DNA of 63,651 nt, the filler included, from Sphacelaria rigidula (taxonomy: Eukaryota): the NCBI GenBank assembly GCA_964200075.2. It is 7 parts of 7 records of this genome, joined end to end, with 100 filler letters (N's around TTAATTAATTAA, not from the genome) between each part and the next. Parts side by side here need not be neighbours in the genome. Positions count along the whole stretch, not along the records: positions 36,432 to 45,438 come from CAXNAA020009533.1; positions 45,539 to 54,545 come from CAXNAA020009534.1; 5 more parts are not named here. One strand, given 5' to 3'. The first letter of the stretch is position 1. The number at the start of each line of letters is the position of its first letter. Position numbers and translations under genes: made by a program. Below the pieces are notes generated by a model that searched no databases, was not told where the DNA came from, and worked only from the letters and a program-made list of their open reading frames with translations. This document shows, one piece after another, positions 39,551 through 52,134 of the stretch.

Positions 39551-39964
39551 GCAATTACTGTGATCACTCGAACGCTTACAGTATTTGATCTTGGAAAAAA
39601 TGATGAAAAAAAACAGGAGTGTTACGTGTTCAGAATGTCTTACGCCGCCGAAACCATAGTTTGCGTAGATTTGTAGGCGTATTATTAGGCCTGATAATGT
39701 GGCGCCGTGGTCTGTTTCATCACAGTAATTTATGGGATGGGTTGGGCGATTGATGAATTGATCGGTCGTCGACAATCGAAGTGATCCGCGACGAATTCAG
39801 CCACATGAATAAGTCGCAGGACAAACAGACAGAGAGACAGACAAGTAGGCATATGATCTCGAGGGAAATATGATGCGGGAACATTGTTTTGATTTTGACT
39901 GATTGATTTCTGCACTTTGACTGATCCTCCATCGATCCAGCCGTGGTTACATGATAGACGTGAG

Positions 39965-40046
39965 AGGAACAACACCAGGGATTCCCACGTGGTCTCCCGC
40001 CGTAGTACTATAGTAGCTTGTCCCGACGCCGCTTAACTCTTGCGGA
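39965..40046 (-). pseudogene. 5'-truncated 5S rRNA pseudogene
   Basis: Minus strand AGTTAAGCGGCGTCGGGACAAGCTA(ctata)GTACTACGGCGGGAGACCACGTGGGAATCCCTGGTGTTGTTCCT is the 3' two-thirds of eukaryotic 5S rRNA with a small insertion. Confidence 0.8.
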
Positions 40047-42262
40047 ACCGTTGATGGAAAAATGACGATTTACATTTGACGTTTTCTTGGACAAGATATG
40101 GCTGATTTTCTGCAACTGTTCACACCCTGGACAAAAGAACACACAGCCAAAAAGTGTACTGCGTACAGTATCGACTATTGCGCCTATTGCAATAGATAAT
40201 AGATTATATACTGTACGCAGTACATTTTTTTACAATAGAATAAATATGTCGGATGACAACACACACAGCCTGTTTGGCAGCATTGATGGAAATGGAACGT
40301 GTTGTCATCAGTTCCGTACAGGATCAACACCACAGTGTTCGAAACGAACGAAAATTCGAAAAATGGAGGGCAAGCGGACACGTTCGAGAGCAGTAAGGGG
40401 GGAGGTGCGACTGTTGATGATGCAGCCGACCAAAACAGTGCACCCGTTCCAGTTCAAGTGTACTAATGTGACAGATTCGTGCACCGAAGTCGAAGTGATC
40501 TTTTTCCCGGTGACGAACGCTCGCGTAAGAAACTTTGTACTGTTTTTCGCGAGTTACAAAAGGCTCAACACATGCACAGAGCGGACGAGATGTGGTGCTA
40601 CCGGCGTGGTATAGCCGTTCCGGAGGTGCTTTCGGTAAACTCCAGAAAAAGAGGGGGAAGCAAAAACGAAGACGGATGAACATAGTAACCTGTAGAGAAG
40701 TAAAACAATAAAAATGAAGACGCCGAGCTAACAACTGGTATCAATTTCGAGAAATCAGCGCGGAAGGCCCCGTGCGGCTTTAGACAAGGAGATTGTACAT
40801 CACTATTCCTTTTTCTTTCGTCTATTTGCTTATTTTTCTTCCTCATCTACTACTCCCTCGTAAATTATATTCTGTTTCCCCCTCCTTCCCTTCCTCCCTC
40901 CCTCCCTCCCTTCCATTTATTTGTCGAGCGTGTCATATTATTAATCGTTAGTTTCTCGAAAGGAGGCAAAATCTACTCGTGGAGTGAAATGACAAAAGCC
41001 GAGCATACCGAGCAGCTGGCAACTCCCACGCTTGGGATCGTTTTCGTCAATGTTGCCCATATGAGGCGCTCCATGCAGTATGAAACCCGTTATCATGCGC
41101 TGTATGGTCATTTTTTTCGTGACAATTTTGGGGTTGGCCTAGGGGACGCGGGGGCTATCGCGGCATGATCCTACAGTACAGTAGCCGTGGTTGCATCGAC
41201 AGCAGCACATGTATGTGGTCCACAGATACATAGCTGCTGCTGGACAGCTGAAGGGCGTGGCGAATTTGGTGGGCTTGTGTACGCCCTGTAGAGTGCATAT
41301 TGGGTGTAGCTATGATTTCGTCGCATCCATGAATCATTAAAAATATCTCATCTGCTTCGCTGTCGGATGGGGTCAGTATCTTATGTGATGTAGAAGAATT
41401 TGATAGCGTGCCCTTTCTGTTTAATTATCCCTATTGCTTGTGTACGCGAGCAGGATTGTGGAAGAACTGTGAGGAATTTGAACCTCGGGGGTGCTATCTT
41501 CAGTAGTTTCACTTACGTTGTGGGTTTCTTGTATACGACCGGTCTAAAAGCCGTATGATGAAGAACTGACGGTTGTGTTTCGTTCCTTTTCTCGTTCGGC
41601 CTAAAAATCTCAACGACATATGATGAGAAAAGATGGTCGTGTGGGCATTTTATTCTCCAATGCACGAACACATCAAACAATTATCGGAAGCCCGCTGCGT
41701 CTCCGCCAACACTGTAATGTAGTTCGCCTACCAACTGAAGCAAGCACGCATCATCTGATGATGTTGGCGAGCCGATTCTCGCGGAGGGGGTCTAGGGTGG
41801 CTTTCAAACCTGTGGCAGCAGCGCACAATAACCCCGTGTCGGGATCAAGTTCTCGCATGATTGCTTGTCCCGGGCAATCCGATCTCAAAAACCTACAGAC
41901 CGGCACTGCACTGTACGGTGCAGTACATTGCAGTGCCGTAGTTGGAGTTCAGTTGTAGCATCAGACACGTTGGCTAACTCTTCTAACCGTAGGCTGCTTG
42001 CAAACTCCACGATAGCAATTGAGGCAACTCCAGCCAACGTGTTCTGTAGGATCTGGTGGTTGATTATGATACTGCTGGATTAGAAGCATCGAGTGTCTAC
42101 CATCAGACAAGCGTGCTGTGTTCGACTCATCAAAATGTGGCTCCGATGAAAAAAATGCGGGCACAGCACGAAGATGTGCCCGGTGATCTCAGCTTTTTCA
42201 CTTTCACCCCTCAGTATTTTCAACGTTTTCGCCACATGGTAATAATAACATCCATCTCGCCC

Positions 42263-42619
42263 GGTCGCCCCGGTGGCTCAGTTGGTAACCTCGAAACCTT
42301 TTGACGGTTGGGTCGTGGGTTCGAGTCTCGGAGCGATCTGGGATTATTCATCACATCATGCCCAACAGTGGAGAGCGACTATGTCGTGAGTACACAAAAT
42401 TCGACGTAAAGGTCGACGAGGGAAAGGGACTGCTGAACCCCTCCCGCAAAAAAAAATAAAGGCAAGCACCGCAGAAGGAAAGTGGAGTACTAAAAGTAAG
42501 TGAAACAAAAATCTCCTGTGTTGACCTTCCTCCCGTGTGACCCCGGCTGATGCGCCCACATATACAGAAAGGTGTAGACCGGCGTCCAGAATAGATGGGA
42601 CGACAACACACACACAACA
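42263..42619 (+). mobile_element. tRNA-derived SINE family A, copy 2, with 10-bp TSD
   Basis: A/B boxes, CA-rich tail, TSD catctcgccc at 42253-42262 and 42620-42629. Confidence 0.88.
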
Positions 42620-42909
42620 CATCTCGCCCACAGGTCGTGGGAGGGTGTTCATGCGTCAGACAACGGCTTTGCCACACTGCATTATTTGTGATTATCACTT
42701 CAGCTTGTGAAAGGAGGTCAGATGTTCAAACCCTATGAGAGAAATGTTGGGCTGTTGCAATCATGTTGATCAGAACTAAAAACTCGGGAATTTCGTTTTC
42801 ATGCCCACCCGACCTACAAGCGATTACCTACACCTGAATTTCTGCCATCCTGCAAAATATGGTGGGCCAAATTATCGGAACGGTCGGCTGCAGGTGCTAA
42901 CCAGGTTAA

Positions 42910-43009
42910 CCCTTCGATCGCCCGAGATGTCCATTGCGGAATCGGCATGGTTTTTACTTGAGAAAGGACTGAAAATTATGTCGATTCAACACCTCCGGCG
43001 GTCAAAGAG
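42910..43009. mobile_element. 100-bp piggyBac-type MITE
   Basis: TTAA on both sides (42906-42909, 43010-43013); imperfect TIR CCCTTCGATCGCC / GGCGGTCAAAGAG. Confidence 0.65.
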
Positions 43010-44811
43010 TTAACCCTTAGACTGCAACCCGCCTTCAGATGGACTATGCCACATTTGGGGTTCAGAACAGTTCTTTTCTCGCTACACAAAAGGCCTTTTT
43101 GATGAATATGATGGGCATCCATGTAGAAAATAGTCTTCGAGAAAGCCTGACCAGTTTTGACCCTGCAGAGTCAGTATGTGCGCTGGATATATTCGCTGGA
43201 TACGACGGCAAGAAACAGTGGCAAACTGCATTTGGAGCGGGACAGATCGCTCGGTAACTCACCAATCAGATCGCTCCATTTCGCTTAGGAGTCGCCAGGG
43301 GAGTACTCTAGAACCACATGTTTTGTGGGGTCTAACTCGTAGCACGTTTCAGCCAAATACAGTATCATAGATAATACAGTATTGTGCACTGAACACAATA
43401 TAGAAGTACGGTACAGTACAGGCGCCCAACGCACGACACCAGCTGGAGTGTCGCAGCAACGGACAGCGCGCTGTTCGTCTTACCGAAGACGAAATAGTCA
43501 ACACACCCATGAAGCTTTCAACAGTGTGCAGCCAGCACTGCGTGCCGACCAACATTGTTTTCTGCAGAGACGAACACAACGACAATATCGCAGCCCATGC
43601 AATCCAAACCGTGTTCGCAACACGTGAAAACACCACAACAGAACAGACAGTCGAAGCTCCGACGCATGCGAGACGGATCGAGTGTTCCTGCTGCGGTACA
43701 GTAGTGAAACAGGGCATGTCCCATGTTTTAGTCCTCCGTCTGATCATCGAGAGGTCTTCAATTTTGGGCCAGTGCCGAGTTTGAACACTTGGCCATAGTC
43801 GCACTTCTTTCAATTCACTTTGGGTTATCGTAATCTGTGTGCCGGAGGCTTGGCTTAAGATGCGGGCTTCGCCCGCTAATCTAATTGAGCAGATTTTGTC
43901 CCGGTAAATCTTGGATTTGCCGACACAGTCAGCATGCCATCGCTCTCCACTGGACACAGTCTACTGCATGCTACCGATGTATCTGCCCAGTGTTCCTCAA
44001 CAAGACTAAGACAGTGTGAAGCTATGCTGGCAATAAGTGAGGAGTCAAGCAGGCAGCATAGATCACGAGCAGAGTATAAATCACGTTATTTGTGGCCATG
44101 TTGCCTATGGTTGAATTTTCATGACCAAAATGAGAAATACGGCTGGAAGCGAAGTACGATCTATGGGGGAGCAAAGTGACCATTGTGATAAACATGATTG
44201 GTCAGAGTGGTCACTCTAATCACACATGGTTGACTCGGTGAGTTCTTTGAGTGTTTTACGAACAGCCCACCATCCCTGCCAAAAATTACCCCCGCTTCGC
44301 CCTTTTTTCTTCAGCAGAAACGCTCGCCCCCAGCTTCTGCCGCCGCCTGTTGCTGTTACTTCCGCCCGCAGGTTCTTACCGCAGTAAGTGATAAATTACG
44401 ATATATAACCTCCCCCCCCCGCAACATAGTCCGCGAACCCCTTTCGACGTCAATCTCCTAGAGGACAACAGTGCTTGAGATACCGCAGATTGCGACGCTG
44501 GAACGATTTCGCCGATAGATTTGTGTGAGACACGGCTTATCTTGGCAGCGTGGCATGTTATTTCTCGGAAAAATCGACGCTGAACACTCGATCACCCGAG
44601 GGTGTTAAACTCCGTGATCTACCAAATCTGGGTGGAGCGGTTATACTGTTTTGTAGTACAACAGTATGTGAATGGCTGAAAACTAGACATGTTCTCACAA
44701 CAGACACCACGAAAACAAACCCCTTCTTGGAACAATCAGGTTTCATTCATCGCGGAGATCACCAGTAGTACAACTCAAACACTGCACGGTTATCTCTCTG
44801 TTGTCTCCAAC

Positions 44812-44943
44812 CTTAGCGTTGTTCTTCGGCTTCTTCGTAGATGGGGGTTCAAGCGCAGCCGAGCACAGCTGCAATATCCATCCCTCAGGTACCTCCACGG
44901 CCTCCTTCTGCCCCGGCTTTAGTACCAAGCCAAAGAAGCCCAT
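44812..44943 (-). CDS. Nucleoplasmin-like (NPL) domain protein (FKBP39/FKBP53/HD2-type N-terminus), exon 1
   Basis: MGFFGLVLKPGQKEAVEVPEGWILQLCSAALE...NNAK matches the MxFxGxxxKPG start of NPL domains; donor GTTGGA. Confidence 0.85.
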
Positions 44944-45438
44944 TGTGCGACGACTAGCCTAAAATATGGACTATAACGTATGTCGTTCACCGAAGAGATA
45001 CCGAGATTCGTGCCTTCGTGGTATGTCAAGGTATGCGTGTTTGTTCAGGCGTTGGGCTGCGGGGGATACTCATCGATTACCGCGAGTCTGAACTTTGCCT
45101 AATGTTTTTGTTCTGAATTCATGTAAGGTCTACTGCAACAACTCCCCCTCATCATCTTTCCTGTATCACCTGGGCAATGAGTATTGATGCATGGGATTCA
45201 AATGTAGAGCTCAAGGGAAGGAGAAACGTGCGGTGCACAGGGAGGGGTATATTCTTATCTAAACTAGCTCTCACTGTCAAATAACTCTTGGGGGCAGACC
45301 AGGCGAAAACATGCTACGTGTAGGAGTACGAGTAAAGAAATCTGAGATGCCCCGCACTCCCTGTATCTTTCTTGCTTGATTTTCTCATGAATTTAGACCC
45401 ACTTTTATGGCAAACGAATCCCGATTTTTTTGGACCCT

Positions 45439-45538
45439 NNNNNNNNNNNNNNNNNNNNNNNNNNNNNNNNNNNNNNNNNNNNTTAATTAATTAANNNNNN
45501 NNNNNNNNNNNNNNNNNNNNNNNNNNNNNNNNNNNNNN
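45439..45538. other. Artificial contig linker
   Basis: N44-TTAATTAATTAA-N44. Confidence 0.98.
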
Positions 45539-45584
45539 ACTCAAAGTCCGCGCGATAGAACCGGGGGCGAAGGGGTGGTGCTTA

Positions 45585-46016
45585 GCCTACTCATTTGTTG
45601 CTTGCCTTAGTCGTTCGACCATTGACCACGCATCCCTTTCGAGACGGAGCAAGGTGAGCAAATCGGAAACACTCCTGGAAGGAAACTCGAGAATGGTGGC
45701 ATAAGACGAATAAGGGATAGAACAGACGGAGCAAACTAAATAACAAGAAACATGACAAGGAAGGAGACGGGAGGGGGGGGGGGGGCGGGAGGAGGAGTAT
45801 TCATTTGTGCTTGCCTTGGTCGTTTGGCCATTGACCACGCATTCCTGTCGAGAAGGACCACCGCTCCTACTCCTTATAGAGACATCTCCAACATTTGGAT
45901 GCTCATTACGTTTTTTCATACGTTACACAATAATATTTTACATATCTCATCCCCTCTCTGTTTCACCGTCGGTGGCTACCACTCATCTCCTAGGGGGGGG
46001 GGGGGGGGGGGAGGAG
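45585..46016 (-). mobile_element. Two further C-tailed LINE 3' fragments (45585-45651; 45797-45992 flanked by G-runs on both sides)
   Basis: Minus-strand translation KKRNEHPNVGDVSIRSRSGGPSRQECVVNGQTTKAS matches the 35877-36313 copy. Confidence 0.8.
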
Positions 46017-46579
46017 TTCAAAGGAAAGGGAAGGAGATGCAGCGCAAGAGAAGAGTGTGCGCAGTTTCAGTATGTCATTCAACGTGCTGGCATTTCAAAG
46101 AAACTGGGATCATGCCACAGCTTTCTCTTGCACGAGGGTTGAATATGCCGTGGCTTGGTTCCAAAAACAAACTAAATATATCAGTACCCCTCCCCCCGTT
46201 GATTTCTTTTATTCTAGCGGGACACAGAGATGAAGCCATCCCGTCAAAAATCTAGTGCGTCAAACGCAGGTGTATCGGTCACATCCCTGCATTTTGCCAG
46301 AGCAGGATGCGCTTGAATGACAACACACTCAAAACATTCATGGTGGGCAATAAAACACGTACACACAACGTATATCTGTATGTCATGCCGCAGAGTTAAC
46401 AAGCACACAGCGAGGGAGCCCAGGATTGCGGAGGAACTGACGGCCGGCCTTTCGGCCAGAGACGCTCGCGGATACCTTTACGTTTGTGTAACGCTGACGC
46501 AAATTAGCGGCGAAAAACACGTACGGAAAAAAAAAAATGCAATGTTTTTACATGGAATTTAAGCACATTGCGAACAAAC

Positions 46580-46747
46580 CTCAACAGCAGAGAAGTAGTT
46601 GGCCTTGCAGTGCATGCTGAACGTGAACACCGCAGGATTGTCGGCAAACAACCGAGCGTTCCCGTTGCCCTGGTGCACATCACAATCTACGATCAAAATT
46701 TTCCGGACAGAATCCGGGTAGTCTCGCAGGGCCACGTTCGCAGCGAC
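46580..46747 (-). CDS. Deacetylase exon 5 (C-terminal exons not found in this contig)
   Basis: [10 protein letters not shown]...[13 protein letters not shown]...[17 protein letters not shown]; Zn-binding DxH motif. Confidence 0.92.
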
Positions 46748-47609
46748 CTGTGAAGCCATGTCAAGAGACAAGGGCAACATTCATAGAGCGCTGCGCAAAT
46801 CAGACGTGCTAGTTCACACATTTGGGGCTATTCTAGGAGAATACAACATTCAGAGTCATTCTACGTTAGGGGGGGGGGGAGGGGGGGCATTTCTTGCACG
46901 AAATTCCACTTCAGACCGTTGGTGAAAGCAGCAACGGTTGTACCAACGCGCTTGTTGCCGACAACTAACGCTCATGAATACTGCTCGACACTATCTTCAC
47001 CCAACCACAAGCGCACCGCGAGTGTGTTAGACTGTCTGTTCACACTTATGAGCCTTTTTTATCGTGGAATCAGCCCCCCACCCACCCTCCCCCCTATCGT
47101 AGCATGACCCCAGAGAAAATCCCGATGAAGCCTAAGGACACAATTTCTCCTGCAGACATTGTGCTCTCCTACTATAGACGGTTTACGGCTAAATATAAGC
47201 TTGTAAATAATTCGCCGTATCTGAAATCTGCGGGAAGAACGTTCCAGCTGTAGTTTGACGTTCGCCGTTAGACGAGTAGCGGACTGCTACATGGGGGGAG
47301 GCCGGACGTGGGAAACAACCGGTACCAGGAACCATCTGTCCACTGCAGCGTGTGGTGATATCATCAGGGATGACGCGAGACGACTCGAGGCGATAGATGA
47401 TGCTGACCCGACAAATTCACAAAAACAATAGATTGGACACCTTCTAGGTTTTGTGGGGAACGATGCGAACATGAAAACAAATATTTCACACAACGTCAAA
47501 TTTCAGCAAACTCGCGTCACGTAACCGCACCGAAAGCATTGCCGTTAATGGAGCAATATGAATTTCCTGCACTGGGCCAACGGCATGAAAAGGACCCACC
47601 TATACTCAC

Positions 47610-47803
47610 GGCAATGTCGCTGAAGACACAGAATCCTTCCCCCCTATCTCGGAAAGCGTGATGCGTTCCGCCGGCGATATGCCCGGCGAAAATTGGTCGA
47701 TTTGGGCGGGTGCTATCTTCCGCCTTGACCGTCGCCGCTCCGCTCTCCGGCGCGACCCCGCCATTCTGCCGCTGTCCGCACCCGCAAACGGCATGCATTG
47801 CAC
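47610..47803 (-). CDS. Deacetylase exon 4
   Basis: ...[32 protein letters not shown] with the catalytic HH pair and GFC motif; acceptor is AAG (less certain). Confidence 0.88.
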
Positions 47804-48277
47804 CTTGTCGTTCGACACCATGTGTGCCACAGTAAGCGAACGACGCACGTGCCAAGAGAACGTATGTACAGCAACCATTGTCGTCATGTGCTGTAGTAAA
47901 GTCCTCCGCTGCCTCAGATCATACAGTACAAAGGAGTGTGGCAGGCGCTCGCGTTCCGGGTCACCCCCCATGCATGTTTGAGAAACGCGAATCAAGGATA
48001 CGGCTACCGAAACGATATCCATGCGGTTGATTTCCCCCCCGAACAAACCTCATGTCCCCCCCTTTCGGCAATAGCTGGCAAGTGGTTCAGCAATGGATCG
48101 GCCTCACTTTCCGGGGAATTCGCAGAAGCGCGGGGAAAGTACGTATTGTACAACTTGTGGATTTGAAGCACACTGCCGGCGCGACGAGCATGCAGACATG
48201 TAAACAATCTTCCTACACTATCAATAATACAACCAGAGTATAGTAGACCTACCACAAGAGAATGAAAATAACCTCAC

Positions 48278-48356
48278 CTATCGTGCCCCCGACGGAACTG
48301 GTGCTGCGCTTCACGCTCTCCTTGCTCCAAGGGAACCCTACAACTCTGTTTTCTCG
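48278..48356 (-). CDS. Deacetylase exon 3
   Basis: RENRVVGFPWSKESVKRSTSSVGGTI; CAG acceptor, GTGAGG donor. Confidence 0.9.
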
Positions 48357-48764
48357 CTGTCGGTCGGACAGCCGGGGGGGGGAGGGGAAAGGGACACGGC
48401 GAAGACGGTCACACAAACACACATGACATACTCGTAGTGGACATGCTCGCAGCACTTGCGGATCATATTGCAACTCTGATGGTATCGTCGATCAGCTGAC
48501 AAGAGAGAAAGCGCTGAGACGGCTTCGCTGTAGGGGATGACAGGATGCGTCCATCCATAGTATACTGACAGTACTTATGGCGCCAGCCCGGTGAACTGTA
48601 CAAGCAAAAACACGATCATCACATCTTGTAGTCCGGTAGACTGAGAGTACTCTCTGGCGACCATTCAATTATTTCATCGCGATTTCCAAAGAAATGATAA
48701 TTTTGTTGACGCGTGGAGGGGAAATGACAAGTAGGCGAGAACGTGTAACAAAACATAGTCTCAC

Positions 48765-48908
48765 GTCTGTGAAACGACCCTCGAAATAGCGCGCCACGTA
48801 GTTCCGATCGTGCGTGGTGCATAGATCCTCCAGGCTAGCCAAGGGCGAGACGGTGAACGTCGCCCTCGGTCCGATCCCGTCTTCACTTGCCAGCTCACGC
48901 TGAAGCCT
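48765..48908 (-). CDS. Deacetylase exon 2
   Basis: RLQRELASEDG...SPLASLEDLCTTHDRNYVARYFEGRFTD; CAG acceptor, GTGAGA donor. Confidence 0.88.
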
Positions 48909-51065
48909 CTGCGCAAAATTCAACGTGTTGGCATCATTAGCCGCGCGACCGGATGGGATGGTTTGGGCTGCACCACCCATGGTCAAACACTACTTCGTTT
49001 GATGGCGACCCTTCGACCGTGGGCAAGTGGGCGGCAATTGCAGGCGGCTCAACTAGCAAGCGGACGCTATGATGTCGATCTCACAACTGGACCACATTCG
49101 TGCGAAAGCGATTGACACATGAAAGTGTTGTGCATTCTTTGCTACGGTAAATGTCTAGAAATGCAAGCGCGGAAATGGTGGGAAAATGACTCTGCTACTC
49201 GCGACTGAAGGCCACTCCTTTCAGCAGTCTTCTGCGGCGGAAATCTGGGAATATGGAAATTATTGGAAATTAATAGCCAAAACCTCCGCAAAACTTTCTT
49301 GTTCCAGCGAGTAAACTTCGTTTATCCAAACTATGGCAAAACGTTTATATTGACGATGCCGCAGCCCTAAAGCGACGGCAACGTGCGTTGCCTTGGTACT
49401 TACTCATCATATAAGCACAAGTAAACAACCCTGCAGCTCAAAACTTCTCATAAGTGCTATGAGTACTCAAGCAGGTGGTGGCAGAGGCTGACGCCTTCCG
49501 ACATTAGTCGGGTGTGTTGGATCGGAGAGCTTGTAGCAGGAAAAGTACAGGGGCACGTGAGTGCAGAAACGATAGTTGGATATTGTAAACACGGCGCTTG
49601 CGGCCAACATGCACTGACACACAACCATTAGACTGGTGATAGTCCAAGCAGGTCGATGATAGTACCCAGGAGATTATAAGGATAGCTGCTGTAGTACCTA
49701 GTTACAGCCAGCACGAGGCTATGCTGGGCACGCATGATGGGTCAGGCAGGCGGCATCGACCACGAGCAGAGTAACAAGCATGTTATTTGTGCCTATGCTA
49801 TTTAAGGTTGGTTGTCATCACCAAAATGATAAATACGCCTGGACAGCGAAAGGCCGTCGGAAGTCTAAATGTAGGGGAACACAATGACCGTTTTGATAGC
49901 TGCGATTGGTCAGAAAGGTCGCTCCGCTCCTCTCGGGCCTCGGTCCTGACCTATACTTATCCGTGGGAAATTTTCAAACACACATGGTTAACTTGGTGAG
50001 CTCTTCGGCTGTCCTGCGAACAGGCCCAAACGCCCCTGTCAACAATCATCCCCCCAGCCTCCTGGAAACCCCTTAATGGCCCTAGACGGTCAGCCTTTGA
50101 CACCGTTCTGAGGCGACGCTCGCCGTCTAAGGATTCACGGAGCCAGAAAGCGAGGCGAAGGGAAATTCAAGAGTCCAAAAGCAGCATGTTGATTGGTCGC
50201 CACGACATGAAGCGGCGGGGCAATATCGCGGCGATCAATCAACATGCTGCTTTTGGACGCTTGTCTTACTCTTTGCTTCGTTTATTGATCCCGTTAAAAT
50301 CGGCTTCAAGGCCGTGTCTTACCTGTAGCACATCAGTTTTCGATCGAAAAAGTGCGGTGGAAAACAAAAATCCCTTGCTGATCGGTCGTGATTTCAACCA
50401 TCTTCAAAATAAACGATAATGGTTGAAATTATGACATATCAGATCGGGATTTTTGTTTGCCACCGCACAATTCCGATCGAAAACGTTAGTGCGAAGACAC
50501 GCCCTAAAAAGCGACCTCACGTGGACAATTCAAAAATGATTTCGTGTTTTCACGCGCTGAGAAAACGTCAGGACGTGCGTTTTTTCTTCCGGTATTTCCT
50601 GTCGGTGGACGCACACCACACTGGCGTATATGCCCCTGCTACGGTCTTTAATTGAAGGCTCGGAAAAACGCGAAGTAGGGCAAGCACAGGAATCGTGAAA
50701 ATGGGCATCCTAAAATCGTGCGCACAAACAAGAATGGTCGGCCCGCTTGCTTTCCGTTTTCGTATCAACGACGATTTGTCATCGGGTATCCACCTCTATG
50801 CGCGCAGCTCAAATCGGTCCAAGCAAGTGCCTGAGTACGTAACACATGATTGTATACTCAGCCAGCTGCAAGAAAACGTTGCAGCTGTTTCAAGAAATCG
50901 CCCCGCGGCAGATGTTCAACTCAGTACCCTAAAATCATTAGCAAACCGCCAGCATGGTTCGATAGATGACCATCACGCAGATAATGGGCGACTTTCGTTA
51001 CAAGGCATCATGTTTCATAGACGGAGGTCTGACACATATTTACGGCACGAGTACATGTAACTTAC

Positions 51066-51482
51066 CTTGCGCACCAGACGATACTTCTCCATGGGGAAGC
51101 GATGCCCTTCCGGAAGGTCGACCTTGTACACGTCGTTGTAAAACAGAGGCATCACGCCACCGGCAGCTTCAGCGTCTCCAGCGGCTCCCGCAGCAGAAGT
51201 AGGAGGAGAAGAAGTTGAAAATGATATTGTTAACACACGGTCGATCGTTCTGGTCGCGCAATATCTCGTTCGACCCTTTGCTATACGAGACTTGGAACTG
51301 GTAAGAGCTGTCGCTAGCGACTGGGTGAGCCGTAACGGTTGTTTGGCGTCGAATCGGCAGTTTGACATTATCTTGAGTGTGCGGGTACTATAGACCAATC
51401 CCGACTCTCCGAACGCGAGCGATATTTTAGGAGCCCACATCAGCAGTATCGAAGTACCTCGTAGCGGCGTAGAACCACGCAT
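51066..51482 (-). CDS. Zn-dependent histone/protein deacetylase (class IV-like/AcuC type), exon 1
   Basis: ...MPLFYNDVYKVDLPEGHRFPMEKYRLVRK|GTAAGT (HRFPMEKY motif). The start at ATG 51482 is inferred; the 5' boundary is uncertain. Confidence 0.8.
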
Positions 51483-52004
51483 ATACGCCCGCTGTCTCGT
51501 AGATTCCTCGACTTGCCTGCAAGAATCTTGGCGCAATATTTACCTCTGAGCGTGATGATCCAACCCGTTCATCGATATGAAGTCTGACACAGAATGATAT
51601 CTCTGGCGGTACCAGTCCTTCCGGGCGGACATTACGCATTTTTTCGATGACTGAAAATCATTACGTCGAAATTCAGTTTTGATATTTCTTGGAGATTGTA
51701 TCATGGTAACGGCATATCTCACACATCAAACCCTAGTTGTTACTATATATTTATATTGTATTTCAACTTCGGTTGCAACTAGATCCGCATCGGAACATCA
51801 AAATGAGTTATTATCCAACACTTGGATCATAACCTTGAGCAAGCGCGATATGTGGCCTGGGCACAAGGCACGTGTCCTCGTATCTCGATATCTGTGTTTG
51901 ATTGCATGATACCTGCACGCGTGAGCTACAGACACGAAGCTCAAGTGTAGCCCAGGAGAGATACGGACGGGAGTTCAAGGCTGGGATAGCCTAAACTGTA
52001 GGTC

Positions 52005-52134
52005 ATGCGGTCGGTTGCAATCGCCGTGGCAATTGGCACGGCGGGGTGGGCTGGACATACATGCTCTGGTTTAGCATTTAGCGCTCCGCCTGCTTCTAAT
52101 GGCGCCTTTACTCAGGAGACCTCGACGGGCACAG
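52005..52134 (+). CDS. Possible first exon of a divergent gene with a signal-peptide-like N-terminus (possible exon 2 at 52433-52557)
   Basis: MRSVAIAVAIGTAGWAGHTCSGLAFSAPP...; CAG|GTGGGG donor; the candidate next exon is in phase and ends at GTGAGT. Confidence 0.35.

Noticed and set aside
43349-43957. 202-aa minus-strand ORF
   Set aside because: No recognisable motifs; lies in a nested insert inside an intronic transposon.
36904-51482. Chromatin gene cluster (NPL protein next to a deacetylase)
   Set aside because: The genes lie on different contigs separated by the artificial linker at 45439-45538.
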